Positions 27,626 through 34,317 of a stretch of 64,000 nucleotides of DNA are shown here, piece by piece. Origin of the DNA: an uncultured Ignavibacteriales bacterium (GTDB lineage: Bacteria; Zixibacteria; MSB-5A5; GN15; FEB-12); assembly GCA_964489705.1 (NCBI GenBank), contig CAZAZQ010000015.1:3393-67392 (forward strand), read 5' to 3'. The notes beneath the pieces are model-generated. The model was given only the letters and a program-made list of their open reading frames with translations, was not told the origin of the DNA and did not search any database. Both the position numbers and the translations under genes were made by a program. Within the stretch, counting starts at the first letter, position 1; every line of letters starts with the position of its first letter.

Positions 27626-28532
27626 CCTGGGAGTCATCATATCCTTGGGAATTGTCGTGGGCGGCTTGCTGTGGCTGCTCATCCGTTCTCTCAGCGGCAA
27701 GGAAGTGGAGCGGCGGGTGATATTCTTGTTCATCTTCGTGGCGGTGGCGGCTCCCATTCTTTTCCCCATAACTTTTCAAGAACACGCTACCCCTATCGTC
27801 AAGCGGCTCTTCGAGCGGATTGAAACTTTGCCGCCGGGCTCGCACATTCTCATCTCTTTCGATTACGACCCCGCCATGGCGCCGGAAGTGCAGCCGATGG
27901 CGAACGCTCTGTCGCGACATTGTTTGGCGAAGGGGCATAAAGTGGTCTTTATGTGCCTGTGGGCGACGGGGCAGTCGTTGTTAATGAACACCTTGGAGCA
28001 GGTAATAAAGCCGGACTTTCCGGATCTCCGTGAGGGGGTCGACTACGTCAACGTCGGCTACAAAGCAGGGAACGAAGGGGTGCTGAATGTGATTGTCTCC
28101 GATTTCAAAAAGATGTTTCCGACCGACGTGAACGGCGTGCCCTTGGATAGCGTCCCGATATTCAATGATATCAAGTCGTGCAAGGATTTTGACCTTATCC
28201 TCGCTATTGGCGGAGGGCGACCCGGACCCAAGGAGTGGGTGCTCTTTGTCGGCGATCCCGGCGGCGTGCCTATCGGTGCCGGGGTAGCGGCGGTGGTGGC
28301 GCCTCAGTTGTATCCGTATTTTCCCCGACAGGTCATCGGAATCCTCGGCGGGGTGAAAGGGGCGGCGGAATACGAGTCGGAGTTGGCACATACCTATGAG
28401 CGTTTTGCGGATATGGACAAACCCGGCTTGCGAATGATGGGACCCCAGACGCTGGCGCATATCGTCATCATGGCGTTCATACTTATCGGTAATATCGCTT
28501 TCTTCCGGAGACGAAAGAAAGGTGAAAAGTAG
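27612..28532 (+). CDS. Cassette 2 subunit C
   Basis: Colinear with C1 and C3 (LPPGSHILISFDYDPAMAPEVQPM, DYVNVGYKAGNEG, MFPTDVNGVPLDSVP, C-terminal TM AHIVIMAFILIGN). It overlaps B2 by 14 nt. Confidence 0.75.
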   Translation: MTMPNLGVIISLGIVVGGLLWLLIRSLSGKEVERRVIFLFIFVAVAAPILFPITFQEHATPIVKRLFERIETLPPGSHILISFDYDPAMAPEVQPMANALSRHCLAKGHKVVFMCLWATGQSLLMNTLEQVIKPDFPDLREGVDYVNVGYKAGNEGVLNVIVSDFKKMFPTDVNGVPLDSVPIFNDIKSCKDFDLILAIGGGRPGPKEWVLFVGDPGGVPIGAGVAAVVAPQLYPYFPRQVIGILGGVKGAAEYESELAHTYERFADMDKPGLRMMGPQTLAHIVIMAFILIGNIAFFRRRKKGEK

Positions 28533-29375
28533 GTGCGGCGCTCAACGTACATAGTGGTGGGAGTTATCGTCGTTCTCTTTGTGGCGATATGGATTTACCG
28601 GGCGATGACGCTTTCCGGAGTCGTCGAACATAACGTCCAAAAGGCGTTCTTGTTGACGGTCTCGGCGTTTTTAACGCTGTCCATCTTTTCGTTCCTCTAC
28701 AAAGACAATCCGTTTTACAAATTTGCCGAGCATCTGTTTGTCGGCGTTTCGGCGGCATACTGGATGAGCCTGGGATTTTGGTCGACGTTGGTAGGAAACC
28801 TCATCCCGCGGATTTCCGACGGTTTGTCGAACTTTTTCCGGCAGCCCATTCAACCCAGTCATAAGATTGTCGGTCCCATAGATGTCAACATCTTCTATTG
28901 GATACCGGTGGTATTGGGGTTGATGCTGTTGATGCGTCTTTCGCGGCAATACGGATGGCTCTCGCGATGGCCTCTGGCGTTCATTGTCGGCACCACCGCG
29001 GGGTTGAACTTTGTCCGCTACCTGCGGTCGGATTTTATCGTTCAGGTCTCGTCGACGTTCGTGCCTTTGCTCGGACGGGAGCCGCATCCGTGGCGGGGAA
29101 TCGGAGATTTTATTGCTCATTTAGACTTGTCGGCGACCGGACAGTTGGCGGCGATTCTTTCCAACTGGGTGATATTCTTCGGGGTGATTTGCGGGATAAT
29201 CTATTTCTTCTTTTCCAAAGAACATACCGGAATTTTCGGGCGGGCGTCCCGCATCGGTATCTGGATTCTCATGATTACCTTCGGCGCCTCGTTCGGCTAT
29301 ACCGTGATGGGGCGTATTTCTCTGTTGGTCGGGCGGATTACGTTTCTGTTCGGCGATTGGTTGGGATTGCTCTGA
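28533..29375 (+). CDS. Cassette 2 subunit D
   Basis: Colinear with D1 and D3. The GTG start abuts the C2 TAG stop. An internal ATG about 24 codons in would give an N-terminus matching D1 and D3 in length, so the extra N-terminal TM helix is uncertain. Confidence 0.7.
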   Translation: MRRSTYIVVGVIVVLFVAIWIYRAMTLSGVVEHNVQKAFLLTVSAFLTLSIFSFLYKDNPFYKFAEHLFVGVSAAYWMSLGFWSTLVGNLIPRISDGLSNFFRQPIQPSHKIVGPIDVNIFYWIPVVLGLMLLMRLSRQYGWLSRWPLAFIVGTTAGLNFVRYLRSDFIVQVSSTFVPLLGREPHPWRGIGDFIAHLDLSATGQLAAILSNWVIFFGVICGIIYFFFSKEHTGIFGRASRIGIWILMITFGASFGYTVMGRISLLVGRITFLFGDWLGLL

Positions 29376-29401
29376 GTGATTTAATATAAAGGGAGAATGG
29401 T

Positions 29402-30922
29402 ATGAAATATAAGTTCTTGATGGTGTTTCTCTTCCTTCTTGGGTGGGCGTTCTCGGTGGGGAACGCACAAGAAGCCGAGCCGGCAGCGCCCGCGGCTGCG
29501 GAAGATAGCCTGGCGACGGATTCAATCCCTCCGCCGAGGCCGGTCTCGAATCTTCAGGCGCGCGACAAGGAAAACGACCACGGCCATGCCATAGTTCTCA
29601 CATGGACCCCTTCTCCTGATGACGGCACCGGAGCCAAGACGGTTATGATGTACGAAATCTTTCGCTGGGTGCCGTACTTTATGGATACCTTGAGTGCCAT
29701 TCGAGACAGCGTCTCCCAGATGCGGGAGTATATTGCCGATATCGAAGCGTTTCTCCCGCGGGCGGAGAAACGACTCAAACGGTATCAAAAAAAGGAGGGA
29801 GAGGGTTTTGCCGATTCGGTTACGTTTTATGCCGATACGATAGCGTCATGCGAACGGTTGTTGCCGCAGTACCGAAGAAATTTGAAGATGTGGCTTAAGA
29901 AGAGAGAGGAAGCGATTGAGCATATTCCTGTTGCTCACAAGAGCTATCCGAACCAGGGGGAGTGGCGAAAAATCGGTACCGCTCTGAGCGGAGCCACAGA
30001 ATATGTGGACATCGGTTCCAAGGAGAAATCGTCCGGCGATTATCTGGCAGACTATACCGATTATTACTACCGGGTGGATGCCGTTACTTCCGATCCTGCG
30101 ATTCGTGCTTCTTCCGAGATCGCCGGTCCGGTGCAATCATACGGGCAGTTGTACCACACGGGACGAACGCCGGTGCTGGTAGCGGTGCTTATCTTTGCCG
30201 TCTTGACGATTTACTTTATCTCCAAGGCGAGACGGGGTATCGACCTGTATGTACGTCCTTTACCCGGCATTCAGGCGGTGGATGACGCTATCGGGCGCGC
30301 TACCGAGATGGGCAAGCCGATTCTGTACGTCCTCGGGTTGGGTTCCGCCGCCGATATTGCAACCATCGCTTCGTTTACAATCTTAGGGCGAGTGGCTCGC
30401 AAGGTCGCCGAGTATCAAACGAAGTTGATTGTTCCGTGTTACGATCCGATTGTCATGACGGTAGCGCAGGAAACGGTCAAAGCCGCCTATTCCGATGCGG
30501 GCCGTCCGGATGATTATGATGAAGACATCGTCTACTTCGTTACCCAATCCCAGTTTGCGTACGTGGCGGCGGTCAACGGAACGATGCTTCGGGAACGGCC
30601 TGCCACCAACATTTACATGGGAATATTCTACGCCGAGTCGCTTATCTTGGCGGAGACCGGTGCCGTGGCGGGCTCCATTCAAATTTCCGGCACCGACCAA
30701 ATCGCCCAGATTCCCTTTTTCATTGTTGCCTGCGATTATACCTTGATTGGGGAAGAGCTGTACGCCGCCTCGGCATACTTGGGGCGGGAGCCGTTGCTGC
30801 TGGGCTCATTGAAAGCACAAGACTATGCCAAAGCGTTGGTGATTATTTTGTCCATTATCGGCTTCCTTGCCGCCAACGTGGGATGGCACTCCCTCGTGAA
30901 ATTGTTCAAAGTGGTTGATTAG
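29402..30922 (+). CDS. Cassette 3 subunit A, with a ~95-aa helical insertion inside the Fn3-like ectodomain
   Basis: Signal peptide FLMVFLFLLGWAFSVGNAQ. The Fn3 strands are split by residues ~90-186 (charged, heptad-like). A TM helix follows, then the conserved C-terminal domain (GRATEMG, YAESLILAETG, IQISGT, IPFFIVACDYTLIGEELYAASAYL). Confidence 0.75.
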   Translation: MKYKFLMVFLFLLGWAFSVGNAQEAEPAAPAAAEDSLATDSIPPPRPVSNLQARDKENDHGHAIVLTWTPSPDDGTGAKTVMMYEIFRWVPYFMDTLSAIRDSVSQMREYIADIEAFLPRAEKRLKRYQKKEGEGFADSVTFYADTIASCERLLPQYRRNLKMWLKKREEAIEHIPVAHKSYPNQGEWRKIGTALSGATEYVDIGSKEKSSGDYLADYTDYYYRVDAVTSDPAIRASSEIAGPVQSYGQLYHTGRTPVLVAVLIFAVLTIYFISKARRGIDLYVRPLPGIQAVDDAIGRATEMGKPILYVLGLGSAADIATIASFTILGRVARKVAEYQTKLIVPCYDPIVMTVAQETVKAAYSDAGRPDDYDEDIVYFVTQSQFAYVAAVNGTMLRERPATNIYMGIFYAESLILAETGAVAGSIQISGTDQIAQIPFFIVACDYTLIGEELYAASAYLGREPLLLGSLKAQDYAKALVIILSIIGFLAANVGWHSLVKLFKVVD

Positions 30923-30935
30923 GAGGTGATGATAG

Positions 30936-31595
30936 ATGCGAAGACAGTTACCCCTTGCCCTGGTGTTTATTTTCGGGACGTTTATGATTTTTCAGTATTT
31001 TGTCCCTCACGAAAAGTCGGAGTGGCTTTATGAGTTCCTCTTCTCCTGGCTCTACATTATCGGGATTTTTGCGTTAGGTTTGGGAATTTGGTCGTTAGTG
31101 CGGGTTTCCGTGGGAAAAATCAAAGCTCGCGGACCGGGATGGGGCTATCCGATAGTCACGCTGGCGGGGCTTTTTCTGATGATATTTTTCGGCTTCACCG
31201 GTTACCGGGACGGCTCTTTCGGTTTTCATTTCATGACCGCCGAAGGGTTGTCGAATTATTGGTTCCGGCACTTTTTTAATTATATCCTGATTCCCATTCA
31301 GTCGACCATGTTTGCGCTGTTGGCATTCTTCATCGCTTCGGCAGCGTACCGCGCTTTCCGAGCCCGGAATATATTAGCCACGTTGCTTTTGATGTCGGCG
31401 CTGATTATGATGTTGCGCTTCAATCCGTACCTCGGACCGGTCGGTCCTATCATTGCCGATACGGCGTCGTGGTTGTTGAATGTCCCGAACTTGGCGGCGA
31501 AACGGGCGATTATTATCGGCGTCGGCTTGGGGATGGTTGCCACCGCCTTGAAAATTATTCTGGGTATCGAACGCGGTTACCTGGGGAAAGGATAA
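30936..31595 (+). CDS. Cassette 3 subunit B
   Basis: Colinear with B1 and B2 (STMFALLAFFIASAAYRAFRARN, AKRAIIIGVGLG, LKIILGIERGYLG). Confidence 0.75.
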   Translation: MRRQLPLALVFIFGTFMIFQYFVPHEKSEWLYEFLFSWLYIIGIFALGLGIWSLVRVSVGKIKARGPGWGYPIVTLAGLFLMIFFGFTGYRDGSFGFHFMTAEGLSNYWFRHFFNYILIPIQSTMFALLAFFIASAAYRAFRARNILATLLLMSALIMMLRFNPYLGPVGPIIADTASWLLNVPNLAAKRAIIIGVGLGMVATALKIILGIERGYLGKG

Positions 31596-31607
31596 GGAGG
31601 TGTCACG

Positions 31608-32489
31608 ATGAAAACGAACATCTTTGATAGAATGATGTCGCTCGACCGCCGCTGGGTCTTTCTGTTTGTTGCGGTGGTGTGCGTGGCAACCTACTTTTAT
31701 CCCTTTTCCATTCCTATCCGGGTGGATGATGAAGTAAGGTCTATCTACGAATTTATCGATACCCTCAAGCCGGGCGAGATAGTGTTTGTCGCCATCGACT
31801 ACGATCCGAATGCGTTGGCGGAGCTTCATCCGATGACTTATGCGCTGATGGAACACTGCTTTCGCAAGGACCTGAAGGTGATTATTACAGCGCTTTCGCA
31901 GAACGGTCCCGGCATGGCGGAGCAAGCTATTCTCGATATCACCGACTCTGTCCGTCAGGATAAAGAATACAACGGTGTCTTCTATAGAGGGAAAGAGATT
32001 AAGAACGGGATTGATTATACGTTCTTGGGATACAAGCCCTACTATGGGTTGGTCATTTTAGGTATGGGGCAAAACTTCCGGTTGCCTTTCCCGACCGATT
32101 ACTACGGCACTCCTCTCGATTCCATCCCCATGATGAAGGGCGTGCAAAACTACAGTCAGGTGGCGTGTGTCATCGACATTTCCGCCGGGAGCATCACCGA
32201 CGCCTGGATTTCCTACGGGCAGGGACGCTTCGGCTTCCCCTTAGCCTTGGGTTTGACCGGTGTTATGGGGGCGGATTATTACCCCTACTTGAATTCCAAA
32301 CAGGTCTTTGGAATTATGGCGGGGTTGTATGGTGCCGCCCAGTATGAGAAACTTGCCGATAATCCCGGCTTGGCGATGGACGGCATGCGGATACAAGTGT
32401 TTGCTCATATTGTGATTATCTTGTTCATTATCATGGGCAACCTGGGATTTTTCATGAGTCGGCGTGACAGAAGAAGGCTTGGGAGGTAA
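31608..32489 (+). CDS. Cassette 3 subunit C
   Basis: Colinear with C1 and C2 (LKPGEIVFVAIDYDPNALAELHPM, DYTFLGYKP, PFPTDYYGTPLDSIP, C-terminal TM AHIVIILFIIMGN). Confidence 0.75.
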   Translation: MKTNIFDRMMSLDRRWVFLFVAVVCVATYFYPFSIPIRVDDEVRSIYEFIDTLKPGEIVFVAIDYDPNALAELHPMTYALMEHCFRKDLKVIITALSQNGPGMAEQAILDITDSVRQDKEYNGVFYRGKEIKNGIDYTFLGYKPYYGLVILGMGQNFRLPFPTDYYGTPLDSIPMMKGVQNYSQVACVIDISAGSITDAWISYGQGRFGFPLALGLTGVMGADYYPYLNSKQVFGIMAGLYGAAQYEKLADNPGLAMDGMRIQVFAHIVIILFIIMGNLGFFMSRRDRRRLGR

Positions 32490-32494
32490 GTGCT

Positions 32495-33301
32495 ATGGAT
32501 TTCACGACGTTTTTATGGACAACGTTTGGGGCGTTTCTGACCCTGGCGACCTTCTCGTTCTTGTACAAGGATAATCCCTTTTACAAGTTTGCCGAGCACT
32601 TGGTGGTCGGCGTTTCCGCCGGCTATTTCGTGATTATTCTCTGGCACAACGGTTTGGTCCCGAACCTGTTTCAACGCTTAGCCGACGGCGATTGGTACTT
32701 CCTGTGGTTAAATTCTTCGGAGCCGTGGTACCTGATTCCGGCGATTCTCGGAGCGATGATGTTTACCCGTTTCTCTCGGAACTATGCGTGGGTCTCTCGT
32801 TGGCCGTTGGCACTTTATATCGGGATTGCCATGGGGGTGGGGGTGCCGCTGGTAATGGCAAACAACGTCAACCGCCAGCTCGTGGCGAGCATGAATCCCA
32901 TCGACTGGCACAACTTCTGGGGACATGGGTTCCTTGACAGCTCCGCAGGTTTTTCCCAGGCTATTATTTTCGCCGGCGCCGTTGCCGCGTTGATATATTT
33001 CTTCTTCTCCAAGGAGCATACCGGAGCCTTCGGCGCCGTTGCGAAGTTCGGCATTTGGATTTTGATGATTGGCTTCGGAGCGTCGTTCGGCTATACGGTG
33101 ATGGGGCGTATTTCCCTGTTCATCAACCGTATCCAGGATCTCAGTTTTTGGGGAACGGCGGCTTTCGACAAAACCAATCCGAATTATTCTTCCGGTTTCC
33201 TGATTGTGTTCTGGTTGGTGATTGCCGCTATCGTGGTGTATATCATTTCGGAGCTTGTCAGATTCCTTCGGCGTCCCCCGGAGCAGGAATCGACCACGTA
33301 A
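32495..33301 (+). CDS. Cassette 3 subunit D
   Basis: Colinear with D1 and D2 (FSFLYKDNPFYKFAEHLVVGVSAGYF, VSRWPLALYIG, YFFFSKEHTGAFG..FGIWILMIGFGASFGYTVMGRISL), plus an extra C-terminal TM helix. Confidence 0.75.
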   Translation: MDFTTFLWTTFGAFLTLATFSFLYKDNPFYKFAEHLVVGVSAGYFVIILWHNGLVPNLFQRLADGDWYFLWLNSSEPWYLIPAILGAMMFTRFSRNYAWVSRWPLALYIGIAMGVGVPLVMANNVNRQLVASMNPIDWHNFWGHGFLDSSAGFSQAIIFAGAVAALIYFFFSKEHTGAFGAVAKFGIWILMIGFGASFGYTVMGRISLFINRIQDLSFWGTAAFDKTNPNYSSGFLIVFWLVIAAIVVYIISELVRFLRRPPEQESTT

Positions 33302-33337
33302 AGGGAACGTGAGTTAATACTGACGATAGAACAAAAA

Positions 33338-33370
33338 GGAGCCCGCGTGAAAACGTGGGCTCCTTTTCTC
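33338..33370 (+). terminator. Rho-independent terminator closing the cassette operon
   Basis: ggagcccgcgt (33338-33348), loop gaaa, acgtgggctcc (33353-33363). The stem is 11 bp with one G-U pair and is followed by ttttctc. It lies 37 nt after the D3 stop. Confidence 0.8.
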
Positions 33371-33817
33371 TATATTTTCAGGGTTTCGCCCAGGCTGTTC
33401 CGGTTTGCCTTCAGTTTTTTTCGATTTTTTGTTTTTTTCTCTCACTTTCCTCTCACTCGGAGGAAAAATCTCCTCGGTTTGAAATAAACTTTTTCAGGGG
33501 ATGAAGGGTACAAAAAGTGATACCGGCAATAAATATGGATAGTCACGCTGTATGTTTGCAAGAAAGAAAAAATCAGCGTTCTCATTGAGCCACATGTAGT
33601 TAACAGATACATGTCTTCTCTTTATAATTCCTTATAACTCCGCAAACTAAAAGCCGATAAAAAATCGATAATAGTAACTCCTTAGTACCCCTATAATTAT
33701 AAAAATTATTTTTCATTTTTTTGAAAAAAATACTTGACATACAGCAAATTTTTCCCAATGGTTGGGTTGTTGGAGGTAGCCACCAAGGAAACACAGGGAA
33801 AGTGAGGTTAAACGAGT

Positions 33818-34165
33818 ATGGCACGGCAGAAGAGAGAATCTACTGCAACAAAAACAACTACGCAAAGCGAAACCAAGCAGGGCAAAGAGAAGAAAAAGGG
33901 GAAGCTCTCCACCGCTGAGGCGCGTCGGGAATACCAACGCCGGTATTACCAGATGCACAAGGAAAAAGCGAAAGAGTACCAACGCCAGTACAATCTCACC
34001 CACAAGAAAAAACTGCGCAGCGGGCGTGGAAAATCGGGACAGTTGGCGCCGCGGGAAGTAGTGCGGACAACCTTTAATACCGCTGACATCATGCACGCTC
34101 CGGTTGAGAAGACCATTCGGATTCTGGAAAAAATCATCAAGGGAGAACGGTTCTTTACCATGTAG
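33818..34165 (+). CDS. Small highly basic hypothetical protein (115 aa)
   Basis: GTGAGGT RBS 9 nt upstream. The N-terminal half is Lys/Thr/Gln-rich (KTTTQSETKQGKEKKKGK; REYQRRYYQMHKEKAKEYQRQY). I recognise no family. Its coding status rests on the RBS and ORF length only. Confidence 0.45.
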   Translation: MARQKRESTATKTTTQSETKQGKEKKKGKLSTAEARREYQRRYYQMHKEKAKEYQRQYNLTHKKKLRSGRGKSGQLAPREVVRTTFNTADIMHAPVEKTIRILEKIIKGERFFTM

Positions 34166-34317
34166 TCTTAGCTTGGTCTCCCTCCGGTGGGGGCGCTTTC
34201 GGCGGAAAAAAAATAATCTTCTGATTTGGTCGGCTTTTATATTGCCCCGGGCTTCTTTTTTTGATAGATTCGTCCCAAGTGTGAGTTGAGTATTTAGATT
34301 TTTGAGAGGGTAGACAT

